From Escherichia coli (GTDB lineage: Bacteria > Pseudomonadota > Gammaproteobacteria > Enterobacterales > Enterobacteriaceae), in assembly GCF_003334255.1 (NCBI RefSeq), contig NZ_QOWU01000036.1: a stretch of DNA of 53,120 nt; one strand, written 5' to 3'. Position 1 is the first letter of the stretch, and every line of letters begins with the position of its first letter. The notes beneath the pieces are model-generated. The model had not been told where the DNA came from. It saw nothing but the letters and a program-made list of their open reading frames with translations, and made no database searches. Below, piece after piece: positions 34,270 through 45,469 of this stretch. A program made the translations under genes and the position numbers.

Positions 34270-34405
34270 TACTTGCTCCCTTTGCTGGGCCAATATGAGG
34301 GCAGAGAACGATCTGCCTGATGTTTTTCATTGTGATCGCCAGCGCCCTGGCTCTCAATGCTCATTTCTGCCAATGTCTTGCCTATTTCTCCAGAGTGCTG
34401 GAGAA

Positions 34406-35362
34406 ATGCTACAAAATTGCGCACAATCAAATTGCCGCATTATTCCTAAGAAATTACGCGATATGAAACGTGAAGAGATTTGCCGCTTGCTGGCGGATAA
34501 AGTTAATAAACTGAAAAATAAAGAAAATAGTTTGTCAGAACTGTTGCCCGATGTGCGTTTGTTGTATGGCGAGACGCCTTTCGCACGTACACCGGTGATG
34601 TACGAGCCTGGCATCATAATTCTCTTTTCCGGGCATAAAATCGGTTATATCAATGAACGCGTGTTTCGTTATGATGCCAATGAATACCTGCTGCTGACGG
34701 TGCCGTTGCCGTTTGAGTGCGAAACCTATGCCACGTCAGAGGTGCCGCTGGCAGGGTTGCGTCTCAATGTCGATATTTTGCAGTTACAGGAACTGTTGAT
34801 GGACATTGGCGAAGATGAGCATTTCCAGCCGTCGATGGCAGCCAGCGGGATTAACTCCGCCACGTTATCAGAAGAGATTTTATGCGCGGCGGAGCGGTTA
34901 CTCGACGTGATGGAGCGACCACTGGATGCGCGTATTCTCGGCAAACAGATCATCCGCGAAATTCTGTACTACGTGCTGACCGGACCTTGCGGCGGCGCGT
35001 TACTGGCGCTGGTCAGTCGCCAGACTCACTTCAGTCTGATTAGCCGCGTGCTGAAACGGATTGAGAATAAATACACCGAAAACCTGAGCGTCGAGCAACT
35101 GGCGGCAGAAGCCAACATGAGCGTATCGGCGTTCCACCATAATTTTAAGTCTGTCACCAGTACCTCGCCGTTGCAGTATTTGAAGAATTACCGTCTGCAT
35201 AAGGCGCGGATGATGATCATCCATGACGGCATGAAGGCCAGCGCAGCAGCGATGCGCGTCGGCTATGAAAGCGCATCGCAATTTAGCCGTGAGTTTAAAC
35301 GTTACTTCGGTGTGACGCCGGGGGAAGATGCGGCAAGAATGCGGGCGATGCAGGGGAATTAA
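34406..35362 (+). CDS. yqhC: AraC-family transcriptional activator of yqhD
   Basis: ORF 34235..35362 trimmed to [13 protein letters not shown] (318 aa); C-terminal AraC HTH; divergent from yqhD. Confidence 0.9.
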   Translation: MLQNCAQSNCRIIPKKLRDMKREEICRLLADKVNKLKNKENSLSELLPDVRLLYGETPFARTPVMYEPGIIILFSGHKIGYINERVFRYDANEYLLLTVPLPFECETYATSEVPLAGLRLNVDILQLQELLMDIGEDEHFQPSMAASGINSATLSEEILCAAERLLDVMERPLDARILGKQIIREILYYVLTGPCGGALLALVSRQTHFSLISRVLKRIENKYTENLSVEQLAAEANMSVSAFHHNFKSVTSTSPLQYLKNYRLHKARMMIIHDGMKASAAAMRVGYESASQFSREFKRYFGVTPGEDAARMRAMQGN

Positions 35363-35401
35363 ATACGTTCCCGGTACAGCAACCGGGAACGGGGAAAATC
35401 G

Positions 35402-36061
35402 TCAGGCGTTACAGTATTTTTTTTTAATCACCACAAACAGCGTGCCTAACAAGCCAGCGGTTAACAAGGCAATTGGCAGGATCATCAGGAACGTCATTAC
35501 CTGATCTTCATGGCGTTTAACGAACGGAATCATACTTAAGGCATAGCCAAAACTGGTTACCACGCTGACCCACAGCAATCCACTTAACCAGTTGAAAAAC
35601 TGGAAGCGGCGGTTTGGCAGACCGGAAATTCCCGCCATGGTTGGCAGCAGCGTACGGACAAATGCAAGAAAACGTCCAGCCAGCAGCGCCAGCAGACCGT
35701 GGCGGTCAAACATGCAGGTGGCGCGCTGGTGATATTTAGCAGGAAGCTGTGCCAGCCAGCCTTTCACCGTTTTGGTATTCCCTAACCAGCGCCCCTGAAT
35801 ATAACTTAGCCAGCAGCCCAGACTTGCTGCGGCGGTCAGAATCGCAATCGTAGGCAGAAAATCCATAACCCCCTGGGCAATCAATGCGCCTGCCAGTATC
35901 AACAAGCTGTCGCCTGGCAAAAATGAGGCGGGCAGCAGGCCGTTTTCTAAAAACAGCGTGGCAAACATGACAAAGTAAACAACGCTAACAATATGAGGAT
36001 CCGCCAGCGCGGCAAAGTCGTGTTGCCAGAGCGCAGCGATGATATCTTGAATAACAGCCAT
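35402..36061 (-). CDS. yghB: DedA-family inner membrane protein
   Basis: 219-aa multi-pass membrane ORF. Confidence 0.9.
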
Positions 36062-36200
36062 GGACTTTCCTGTGGAACAGCGTTTAAGCCTTTATCTGCC
36101 TATTGTACTCCTGAATCGTCCGGGACGCCTTGATCCCGGACGCAACAATTTAAGACTTTTCACAATAAAATGTCTGCAAAATTGTCCAAAAGTGGCAATG

Positions 36201-37388
36201 TTATACAATTCGCGCAAAACCGGCGTCCAGATCGGCAATCAGATCGTCGACATCTTCCAGACCAATATGCAGGCGAATCAAGGTCCCGCTAAAATCGATC
36301 TCGCCTTGTGGGCGAATGGCGGCGATATGTTCTGGTTGATTTGCCAGGATCAACGATTCATACCCGCCCCACGAGTAGGCCATGCTGAATAAACTGAAGT
36401 TATCCAGATAGTTCGCCAGCTCTTCATTATTGAGTTTTTTCTTAAGCACAAAGGAAAATAGCCCGCTGCTGCCTGTAAAGTCTCGTTTCCAGAATTCGTG
36501 ACCTTTACTGCCAGGCAGAGCAGGGTGGTTAACTCGCGCAACTTGCGGATGTTCTGCCAGCCATTCAGCCACTTTCAGACTGCTTTCATGATGTTGACGC
36601 AAACGCACACCTAATGTGCGCAGGCCACGGCTGGTTATATAGGCGGTATCGGCATCGACCATCTGGCCCATCAGATAGGCATTTTCCCGTAGCTGCTCCC
36701 AGCAACGGGCATTGCACACGGCAGTGCCAATCATCGCATCTGAATGCCCAACCAGATATTTGGTGGCGGCTTGAATAGAAACATCGATGCCAAAATCCAG
36801 CGCCTTAAACAGCACACCGGCTGCCCAGGTGTTGTCGATCATAATGATGGCATCCGGCACCACACTGCGTACGGCGGCAACAATCGCCGGAACGTCGTGG
36901 ACTTCCATGGTGATGGAGCCTGGCGATTCCAGAAACACGATTTTAGTGTTTGGCTGCAGATGCTTAACGATATCGGCACCAATCAGCGGATCAAACCATG
37001 ATGTCGTTACGCCCAGTTTGCTGAGGATTTTGCTACAGAAATCCTGACTCGGTTCATAGGCGGTGTTGGTCATCAACACATGATCGCCCTGTTCGATAAA
37101 AGCAAGAATGGAATTAGCAACCGCTGCCGCCCCGCAGGGAAATAGCACGCAGCCTGCGCCACCTTCCAGTTCACACATCGCTTGTTGTAAGGAGAAATGG
37201 GTTAACGTTCCGCGCCGTCCATAGAACAACTCTCCATTGGCGCGATTACGTGTCGCGTGTTTTTTGGCTTCTACACTGTCAAAGACCAGCGAAGAAGCGC
37301 GCTGAATCACGCTATTTACCGCGCCGAGAGTGTATTTTTTGCTGCGTCCTGCATTCACCAGTTGAGTATCAAGCTTTTTGTCCGCCAT
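36201..37388 (-). CDS. metC: Cystathionine beta-lyase
   Basis: ORF 36201..37466 trimmed to [15 protein letters not shown] (395 aa); PLP-dependent enzyme. Confidence 0.95.
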   Translation of the reverse strand: MADKKLDTQLVNAGRSKKYTLGAVNSVIQRASSLVFDSVEAKKHATRNRANGELFYGRRGTLTHFSLQQAMCELEGGAGCVLFPCGAAAVANSILAFIEQGDHVLMTNTAYEPSQDFCSKILSKLGVTTSWFDPLIGADIVKHLQPNTKIVFLESPGSITMEVHDVPAIVAAVRSVVPDAIIMIDNTWAAGVLFKALDFGIDVSIQAATKYLVGHSDAMIGTAVCNARCWEQLRENAYLMGQMVDADTAYITSRGLRTLGVRLRQHHESSLKVAEWLAEHPQVARVNHPALPGSKGHEFWKRDFTGSSGLFSFVLKKKLNNEELANYLDNFSLFSMAYSWGGYESLILANQPEHIAAIRPQGEIDFSGTLIRLHIGLEDVDDLIADLDAGFARIV

Positions 37389-37406
37389 GTCGGGATTCCT
37401 GTTTTT

Positions 37407-37424
37407 ATACGTCTGGATGTCTAA
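37407..37424 (-). promoter_or_regulatory. Candidate tandem MetJ boxes upstream of metC
   Basis: Minus strand reads AGACATCC-AGACGTAT, two adjacent 8-mers resembling the AGACGTCT metbox. Confidence 0.5.
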
Positions 37425-37638
37425 ACTAGCATGAATATTCGCGGGCGCATCCTGAAGAATTGGCATAAAGCAGAAAATTTTCGCAAATGGCGTGCTGGTG
37501 ACTTTTTACTGCGTAAACGCAAGGAAAAGAAAGCAAAGGTACGGCAGTATGCAAATAGTAATGAGAACGACTATCAATTCGACGTCGTTTTGATATTATT
37601 ATGCGCAGATTTTGTGACTTGCGTCCTGGAGATACACA

Positions 37639-38373
37639 GTGGGTAATAATTTAATGCAGACGGACCTTTCCGTCTGGGGTATGTATCAGCACGCCGATAT
37701 TGTCGTTAAGTGCGTGATGATTGGGCTTATTTTGGCCTCCGTAGTCACCTGGGCAATCTTCTTCAGTAAGAGCGTAGAGTTCTTCAATCAGAAGCGTCGC
37801 CTTAAGCGCGAGCAGCAACTGCTGGCTGAAGCGCGTTCCTTAAACCAGGCCAACGATATCGCCGCTGATTTTGGTAGCAAAAGCTTAAGCCTGCATTTGC
37901 TCAATGAAGCGCAGAATGAGCTGGAACTGTCAGAAGGCAGCGACGATAACGAAGGTATTAAAGAACGTACCAGCTTCCGTCTGGAGCGTCGGGTCGCCGC
38001 AGTGGGTCGTCAAATGGGCCGCGGTAACGGCTATCTGGCAACCATCGGCGCGATTTCTCCGTTCGTTGGTCTGTTTGGTACGGTCTGGGGCATCATGAAC
38101 AGCTTTATTGGTATCGCGCAAACGCAGACCACTAACCTGGCAGTCGTTGCGCCGGGTATCGCAGAAGCTCTGTTAGCAACGGCAATCGGCCTCGTGGCAG
38201 CGATTCCTGCGGTCGTTATCTATAACGTATTTGCACGCCAGATTGGCGGCTTTAAAGCGATGCTGGGTGATGTTGCAGCGCAGGTATTGTTGCTGCAAAG
38301 CCGTGACCTGGATCTGGAAGCCAGCGCCGCTGCGCATCCGGTTCGTGTCGCACAAAAATTACGCGCAGGATAA
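37639..38373 (+). CDS. exbB: TonB-system energizer ExbB
   Basis: 244-aa ORF MGNNLMQTDLSVWGMYQHADI..., GTG start. Confidence 0.95.
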   Translation: MGNNLMQTDLSVWGMYQHADIVVKCVMIGLILASVVTWAIFFSKSVEFFNQKRRLKREQQLLAEARSLNQANDIAADFGSKSLSLHLLNEAQNELELSEGSDDNEGIKERTSFRLERRVAAVGRQMGRGNGYLATIGAISPFVGLFGTVWGIMNSFIGIAQTQTTNLAVVAPGIAEALLATAIGLVAAIPAVVIYNVFARQIGGFKAMLGDVAAQVLLLQSRDLDLEASAAAHPVRVAQKLRAG

Positions 38374-38379
38374 TATCCG

Positions 38380-38805
38380 ATGGCAATGCATCTTAACGAA
38401 AACCTCGACGATAACGGCGAAATGCATGATATCAACGTGACGCCGTTTATCGACGTGATGTTGGTTCTGCTGATTATCTTTATGGTGGCGGCACCGTTAG
38501 CGACGGTAGATGTGAAGGTGAACTTGCCTGCTTCTACCAGCACGCCGCAGCCGCGCCCGGAAAAACCGGTTTATCTGTCGGTGAAGGCAGACAACTCGAT
38601 GTTTATCGGTAACGATCCGGTCACCGATGAAACAATGATTACGGCGTTGAATGCGTTAACCGAAGGCAAGAAAGACACCACCATCTTCTTCCGAGCGGAC
38701 AAAACCGTCGATTACGAGACGTTGATGAAGGTAATGGATACGCTGCATCAGGCGGGTTACCTGAAGATAGGTCTGGTCGGCGAAGAAACCGCCAAAGCGA
38801 AGTAA
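38380..38805 (+). CDS. exbD: TonB-system energizer ExbD
   Basis: 141-aa ORF MAMHLNENLDDNGEMHDINVTPFIDVMLVLLIIFMV... Confidence 0.95.
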   Translation: MAMHLNENLDDNGEMHDINVTPFIDVMLVLLIIFMVAAPLATVDVKVNLPASTSTPQPRPEKPVYLSVKADNSMFIGNDPVTDETMITALNALTEGKKDTTIFFRADKTVDYETLMKVMDTLHQAGYLKIGLVGEETAKAK

Positions 38806-38809
38806 AGTA

Positions 38810-39040
38810 GAATTGCCTGATGCGCTACGCTCATCAGGCCTACAAAATCTATTGCAACATGTTGAATCTTCGTGCGTTTGTAGGCCGGATAAGGCGTTCA
38901 CGACGCATCCGGCATTAGGTGCTCAATGCCTGATGCGCTACGCTTATCAGGCCTACAAAATCTATTGCAACATGTTGAATCTTCATGCGTTTGTAGGCGG
39001 ATAAGGCGTTTTCGCCACATCAGGTAAGAGTGAATTCACA
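38810..39040. repeat. REP/BIME array with two near-identical ~90-nt units in tandem
   Basis: GCCTGATGCGCTACGCT(C/T)ATCAGGCCTACAAAATCTATTGCAACATGTTGAATCTTC(G/A)TGCGTTTGTAGGC occurs twice (period ~113 nt) with GCCGGATAAGGCG palindromic units. Confidence 0.85.
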
Positions 39041-39045
39041 ATGAT

Positions 39046-39078
39046 GCCCGGTTGCTTTTCACAACCGGGCATTTTTTT
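39046..39078 (+). terminator. Intrinsic terminator after exbD / convergent yghA
   Basis: GCCCGGTTG...CAACCGGGC hairpin followed by ATTTTTTT. Confidence 0.7.
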
Positions 39079-39961
39079 AACCTAAATGCTCGCCGCCGCA
39101 CACGCCGTGCACTTCTGCGGTGACGTAGCTCGACTCCTGACTTGCCAGATAAACATATACAGGGGCCAGTTCCGCCGGTTGCCCCGCACGTTTCATCGGC
39201 GTTTGCTGACCAAACTGCGGGATCTTATCCTGCGTTTGTCCGCCGGAAATTTGCAGTGCTGTCCAGATCGGGCCTGGCGCGACAATATTCACCCGAATAC
39301 CTTTCTCCGCGACCTGTTTTGCCAAGCCACGGCTGTAGTTCAGAATCGCCGCCTTCGTAGCCGCATAGTCCAGTAAATGCGGACTTGGCTGGTATGCCTG
39401 GATTGACGAAGTGGTGATGATACTTGCACCTTTCGGTAGCAGGGGGATCGCTTCCTGGGTTAGCCAGAACAGCGCGAAAACGTTAATGGCAAAGGTCTTT
39501 TGAAACTGTTCGCTGGTGAGGTCTGCAATATCCGGAATGGCAACCTGTTTCCCGGCGACCAGCGCCATAATATCCAGCCCGCCTAACGCCTTGTGCGCTT
39601 CGTGAACCAGCGAACGGGCAAATTTCTCATCGCTTAAATCGCCTGGCAGCAGAACGGCTTTGCGTCCGCATTCTTCAATGATCTTTTTCACATCCTGAGC
39701 GTCTTCTTCTTCCACGGGAAGATAACTGATCGCCACGTCAGCCCCTTCACGCGCGTAAGCGATGGCGGCAGCGCGACCTATTCCGGAATCGCCCCCTGTC
39801 ACCAGTGCTTTACGATCTTTCAGGCGACCGCTACCAACATAGGTTTTCTCGCCGCAATCCGGTACCGGTGTCATCTTCGCCTGGATGCCTGGCGTCGGTT
39901 GTTTCTGTTTGGGATATTCACCAGTGTAATACTGCGTGGTCGGGTCTTTTAAATGAGACAT
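39077..39961 (-). CDS. yghA: Short-chain dehydrogenase/reductase (NAD(P)-dependent)
   Basis: 294-aa ORF with TGGDSGIG Rossmann motif. Confidence 0.9.
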
Positions 39962-40082
39962 CGTTTTTCTCCCTTCAGGTTCAACGTCCTTTAAGGGTAG
40001 ACGTTCTCGATGCGTTGATAAGGGAACCAGGAAGATCCCTAAACCTCAGAATTATGCGACAAAGGTTTAACGTATATGTTGA

Positions 40083-40646
<564 letters not shown>

Positions 40647-40654
40647 TCTGATTC

Positions 40655-40680
40655 GGGCGCGGTTCGCGCGCCCGTTATTA
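40655..40680. terminator. Bidirectional hairpin between yqhA and gpr
   Basis: GGGCGCG-GTTC-GCGCGCCC perfect inverted repeat. Confidence 0.6.
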
Positions 40681-40685
40681 ACAGG

Positions 40686-41726
40686 TCATTTATCGGAAGA
40701 CGCCTGCCACAGATTCAGCTCGCCATCGGCGATATGCTGATCAATCTGCGCCAGCTCCTTGGTGCTAAATGTCAGATTATTCAGCGCCTGCACGTTCTCC
40801 TCTAGTTGCTCCGCGCGGCTGGCACCAATCAATACCGACGTCACGCGATCATCTTTCAGCAACCAGCTTAACGCCATTTGCGCCATTGATTGTCCACGCT
40901 GCTGTGCCATTTCATTCAATAAGCGCAGGCTGTTGAGGTTGGCTTCGGTAAGCATTTTCGGTGTCAGACCACGAACTTTATTCCCTTCACGATGCATCCG
41001 TGAATCTTGCGGAATGCCGTTGAGATATTTTCCGGTCAGCAATCCCTGAGCCAGAGGAGTAAAGGCAATACAGCCCACGCCGTTATTTTGCAGGGTATCC
41101 AGCAGGCCGCTTTTATCCACCCAGCGGTTCAGTAAATTGTACGAAGGTTGATGAATTAACAGCGGAATTTTCCACTCGCGCAGCAACTCGACCATTTTTT
41201 GCGTCCGCTCTGGCGAGTAAGAGGAGATCCCGACATACAGCGCCTTACCGCTTTGTACCGCATGAGCCAGCGCAGAGGCGGTTTCTTCCATCGGCGTATT
41301 TTCATCGACGCGATGAGAGTAAAAGATATCGACATACTCAAGCCCCATACGCTTCAGGCTTTGGTCGAGGCTGGCGAGCAGGTATTTACGTGAACCGCCA
41401 GAGCCGTAAGGGCCGGGCCACATATCGTAGCCAGCCTTGGTAGAGATAATCAGTTCATCGCGATAAGCGGCAAAATCCTCCCGCAGCAGGCGACCAAAGT
41501 TCTCTTCTGCGCTTCCTGGAGGCGGCCCGTAATTGTTGGCTAAATCAAAGTGCGTAATGCCCAAATCAAACGCTTTACGCAGGATCGCACGCTGTGATTC
41601 CAGCGCGTTAACGTGACCGAAATTGTGCCATAAACCGAGCGATAACGCGGGCAGGCGTAAACCACTTTTTCCGCAATAGCGGTATTGCATCTGCCCGTAA
41701 CGTTCGGGATTCGCTAACCAGACCAT
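40686..41726 (-). CDS. gpr: L-glyceraldehyde 3-phosphate reductase (aldo-keto reductase)
   Basis: 346-aa AKR ORF (yghZ) MVWLANPERYGQMQYRYCGKSGLRLPALSLG... Confidence 0.9.
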   Translation of the reverse strand: MVWLANPERYGQMQYRYCGKSGLRLPALSLGLWHNFGHVNALESQRAILRKAFDLGITHFDLANNYGPPPGSAEENFGRLLREDFAAYRDELIISTKAGYDMWPGPYGSGGSRKYLLASLDQSLKRMGLEYVDIFYSHRVDENTPMEETASALAHAVQSGKALYVGISSYSPERTQKMVELLREWKIPLLIHQPSYNLLNRWVDKSGLLDTLQNNGVGCIAFTPLAQGLLTGKYLNGIPQDSRMHREGNKVRGLTPKMLTEANLNSLRLLNEMAQQRGQSMAQMALSWLLKDDRVTSVLIGASRAEQLEENVQALNNLTFSTKELAQIDQHIADGELNLWQASSDK

Positions 41727-41880
41727 GACCTCTCCTTTCCACCGTTCAATTTCGAAACAATGTTTCTAGTTTAGCGATTCGCCAGCGCGTATCCCGTAGT
41801 CTGGCTCACAGAGTGACGAAAAACTGGGCAAAAACACGTGCTTATGCTTTGCTTAAAAAAACACCAACTGAGGAGTGCAA

Positions 41881-42767
41881 CGATGCCGCGTTTAACCGCC
41901 AAAGATTTCCCACAAGAGTTGCTGGATTACTATGACTATTACGCTCACGGGAAAATCTCGAAACGTGAGTTCCTCAACCTTGCGGCGAAGTGCGGTAGGC
42001 GGGATGACGGCATTAGCGTTGTTTGATTTGCTCAAGCCAAATTATGCGCTGGCGACTCAGGTAGAGTTTACCGACCCGGAAATTGTTGCTGAGTACATCA
42101 CGTATCCTTCGCCAAATGGTCACGGCGAGGTGCGGGGTTATCTGGTGAAGCCCGCAAAGATGAGCGGCAAAACGCCAGCCGTAGTGGTGGTGCATGAGAA
42201 TCGTGGACTGAATCCGTATATCGAAGATGTGGCACGGCGAGTGGCGAAGGCGGGGTATATCGCCCTGGCACCTGACGGCTTAAGTTCCGTTGGAGGTTAT
42301 CCGGGAAATGATGATAAAGGTCGTGAGCTGCAACAGCAGGTTGATCCAACAAACTGATGAATGATTTCTTTGCCGCAATTGAGTTTATGCAACGCTATCC
42401 GCAAGCGACAGGCAAAGTGGGTATTACCGGATTTTGCTATGGCGGTGGCGTATCGAACGCGGCGGCTGTCGCGTATCCGGAACTGGCCTGCGCGGTGCCG
42501 TTTTATGGTCGTCAGGCACCCACTGCCGATGTGGCGAAGATTGAAGCGCCTTTACTACTCCACTTCGCGGAACTGGACACCCGAATCAACGAGGGCTGGC
42601 CTGCTTACGAGGCGGCGTTGAAAGCCAATAATAAGGTTTATGAGGCGTATATCTATCCGGGGGTTAATCACGGATTCCATAATGATTCCACGCCCCGTTA
42701 TGACAAATCTGCCGCCGATCTTGCCTGGCAAAGGACACTGAAATGGTTCGATAAATATCTCTCCTGA
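41881..42767 (+). pseudogene. yghX: Dienelactone-hydrolase-family gene split into three reading frames
   Basis: Three consecutive ORFs in different frames (41838..42026, 41932..42357, 42357..42767) together resemble one ~290-aa dienelactone hydrolase; frame changes near 41990 and 42350. Confidence 0.8.
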
Positions 42768-42885
42768 TAGGTTTATCTCTTACGGGATTACGTCTTAAAC
42801 AAGCATGAAAAAATAGCGTGCGCAAAAGTCGTTCTTTGCCTAAAATATCGCTATATATGACAATATATAGCGAATGAGGTGAACG

Positions 42886-43173
42886 ATGAATAACCATTTT
42901 GGTAAAGGCTTAATGGCGGGATTAAAAGCAACGCATGCCGACAGTGCGGTTAATGTGACAAAATTCTGTGCCGATTATAAACGCGGTTTTGTATTAGGCT
43001 ACTCACACCGGATGTACGAAAAGACCGGAGATCGCCAGCTTAGCGCCTGGGAAGCGGGTATTCTGACGCGCCGCTATGGACTGGATAAAGAGATGGTAAT
43101 GGATTTCTTTCGTGAGAATAATTCCTGTTCTACGTTGCGCTTTTTTATGGCCGGTTATCGCCTCGAAAATTGA
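42886..43173 (+). CDS. yghW: DUF2623 family protein
   Basis: 95-aa [27 protein letters not shown]... Confidence 0.85.
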
Positions 43174-43361
43174 TCAAACATACGTATTATCTTGCTTTAA
43201 TTAATTACACTAATGCTTCTTCCCTTCGTTTTAGCGCCCCGCCGCAGTATCATGATATCGATAACCATAATAAATGTGTGGTAAATGGCGCATCGATCGC
43301 ATTATTGATTTTGCGATTGAGGCAAAATATATGCCAGGTCTTCGCAACGGAATAACTATAA

Positions 43362-44480
43362 ATGACTGGAGATAACACCCTCATCCATTCTCACGGCATT
43401 AACCGTCGTGATTTCATGAAGCTTTGTGCAGCATTAGCCGCCACCATGGGGTTAAGTAGCAAAGCCGCTGCAGAGATGGCCGAATCGGTTACTAACCCGC
43501 AGCGTCCGCCAGTTATCTGGATTGGCGCGCAGGAGTGCACCGGTTGTACGGAATCTCTGCTTCGTGCAACGCATCCAACGGTAGAAAACCTCGTACTGGA
43601 GACTATCTCTCTGGAGTATCACGAAGTGCTTTCCGCCGCCTTCGGTCATCAGGTCGAAGAGAACAAACATAACGCTCTCGAGAAGTACAAAGGGCAGTAT
43701 GTGTTAGTGGTGGATGGTTCCATCCCATTAAAAGATAACGGTATTTATTGCATGGTTGCCGGTGAGCCGATTGTGGATCACATCCGCAAAGCGGCGGAAG
43801 GCGCAGCAGCCATTATCGCTATCGGTTCCTGCTCTGCGTGGGGCGGTGTTGCCGCAGCTGGAGTTAACCCAACTGGCGCAGTCAGCCTGCAAGAAGTTCT
43901 GCCAGGCAAAACCGTTATCAATATTCCGGGCTGCCCGCCGAACCCGCACAACTTCCTCGCGACCGTTGCGCACATCATCACTTACGGCAAACCGCCGAAA
44001 CTGGATGACAAAAACCGTCCGACCTTCGCCTATGGCCGTCTGATTCACGAACACTGCGAACGTCGCCCGCACTTCGATGCTGGTCGTTTTGCCAAAGAGT
44101 TCGGTGATGAAGGCCACCGCGAAGGCTGGTGCCTGTACCACCTCGGCTGTAAAGGGCCAGAAACTTACGGCAACTGCTCAACGCTGCAATTCTGCGATGT
44201 TGGCGGTGTGTGGCCGGTGGCGATTGGTCACCCGTGCTATGGCTGTAACGAAGAAGGTATCGGCTTCCATAAAGGCATCCATCAGCTTGCCAACGTCGAA
44301 AATCAAACTCCGCGTTCACAGAAACCGGATGTTAACGCTAAAGAGGGCGGCAACGTCTCTGCAGGCGCTATTGGTTTGCTCGGCGGTGTGGTTGGGTTGG
44401 TTGCCGGTGTCAGCGTGATGGCGGTGCGTGAACTGGGTCGTCAGCAAAAGAAAGATAACGCTGACTCACGGGGAGAATAA
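43362..44480 (+). CDS. hybO: Hydrogenase 2 small subunit (Tat-exported)
   Basis: 372-aa ORF with twin-arginine signal ([15 protein letters not shown]), FeS cysteine motifs and C-terminal TM anchor. Confidence 0.95.
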   Translation: MTGDNTLIHSHGINRRDFMKLCAALAATMGLSSKAAAEMAESVTNPQRPPVIWIGAQECTGCTESLLRATHPTVENLVLETISLEYHEVLSAAFGHQVEENKHNALEKYKGQYVLVVDGSIPLKDNGIYCMVAGEPIVDHIRKAAEGAAAIIAIGSCSAWGGVAAAGVNPTGAVSLQEVLPGKTVINIPGCPPNPHNFLATVAHIITYGKPPKLDDKNRPTFAYGRLIHEHCERRPHFDAGRFAKEFGDEGHREGWCLYHLGCKGPETYGNCSTLQFCDVGGVWPVAIGHPCYGCNEEGIGFHKGIHQLANVENQTPRSQKPDVNAKEGGNVSAGAIGLLGGVVGLVAGVSVMAVRELGRQQKKDNADSRGE

Positions 44481-44482
44481 CC

Positions 44483-45469
44483 GTGAACAGACGTAATTTT
44501 ATTAAAGCAGCCTCCTGCGGGGCATTGCTGACGGGCGCGCTGCCGTCTGTCAGTCATGCGGCTGCTGAAAACCGCCCGCCAATTCCGGGATCGCTGGGGA
44601 TGTTGTACGACTCGACCTTGTGCGTAGGCTGCCAGGCTTGCGTCACCAAGTGTCAGGATATCAATTTCCCTGAACGTAACCCGCAAGGGGAACAGACCTG
44701 GTCGAACAACGACAAACTGTCGCCGTATACCAATAACATCATTCAGGTGTGGACCAGCGGCACAGGGGTCAACAAAGACCAGGAGGAGAACGGCTACGCG
44801 TACATTAAGAAACAGTGTATGCACTGCGTCGATCCGAACTGTGTCTCTGTGTGCCCGGTCTCTGCACTGAAAAAAGATCCGAAAACCGGCATTGTCCATT
44901 ACGACAAAGATGTGTGCACCGGCTGCCGTTACTGCATGGTCGCCTGTCCGTACAACGTGCCGAAGTACGACTACAACAACCCGTTTGGTGCGCTGCATAA
45001 GTGCGAGCTGTGCAACCAGAAAGGTGTGGAACGTCTCGATAAAGGCGGTCTACCTGGCTGCGTAGAAGTGTGCCCGGCGGGCGCGGTGATTTTCGGTACG
45101 CGTGAAGAGCTGATGGCGGAGGCGAAAAAACGTCTGGCGCTGAAGCCTGGCAGCGAATACCACTATCCGCGTCAGACGCTGAAATCTGGCGACACTTACC
45201 TGCATACGGTGCCGAAATATTATCCGCATCTGTACGGCGAGAAAGAGGGCGGCGGTACTCAGGTTCTGGTACTGACGGGTGTGCCTTATGAAAATCTCGA
45301 CCTGCCGAAACTGGACGATCTTTCTACCGGTGCGCGTTCCGAAAATATTCAACACACCCTGTATAAAGGCATGATGCTACCACTGGCTGTGCTGGCGGGC
45401 TTAACCGTGCTGGTTCGTCGCAACACCAAAAACGACCATCACGACGGAGGAGACGATCATGAGTCATGA
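44483..45469 (+). CDS. hybA: Hydrogenase 2 ferredoxin-type FeS subunit (Tat signal)
   Basis: 328-aa [14 protein letters not shown] Tat signal, four CxxCxxCxxxCP clusters, GTG start. Confidence 0.95.

Noticed and set aside
37431-37646. 71-aa ORF in the metC-exbB intergenic region
   Set aside because: Lysine/arginine-rich, no convincing ribosome binding site, and it lies across the divergent promoter region; more likely non-coding.
38810-39040. Possible CRISPR array (tandem repeats downstream of exbD)
   Set aside because: Only two repeat units, each ~90 nt and internally palindromic with REP-type sequence; no spacer-like unique segments of uniform length and no cas genes anywhere in the window.
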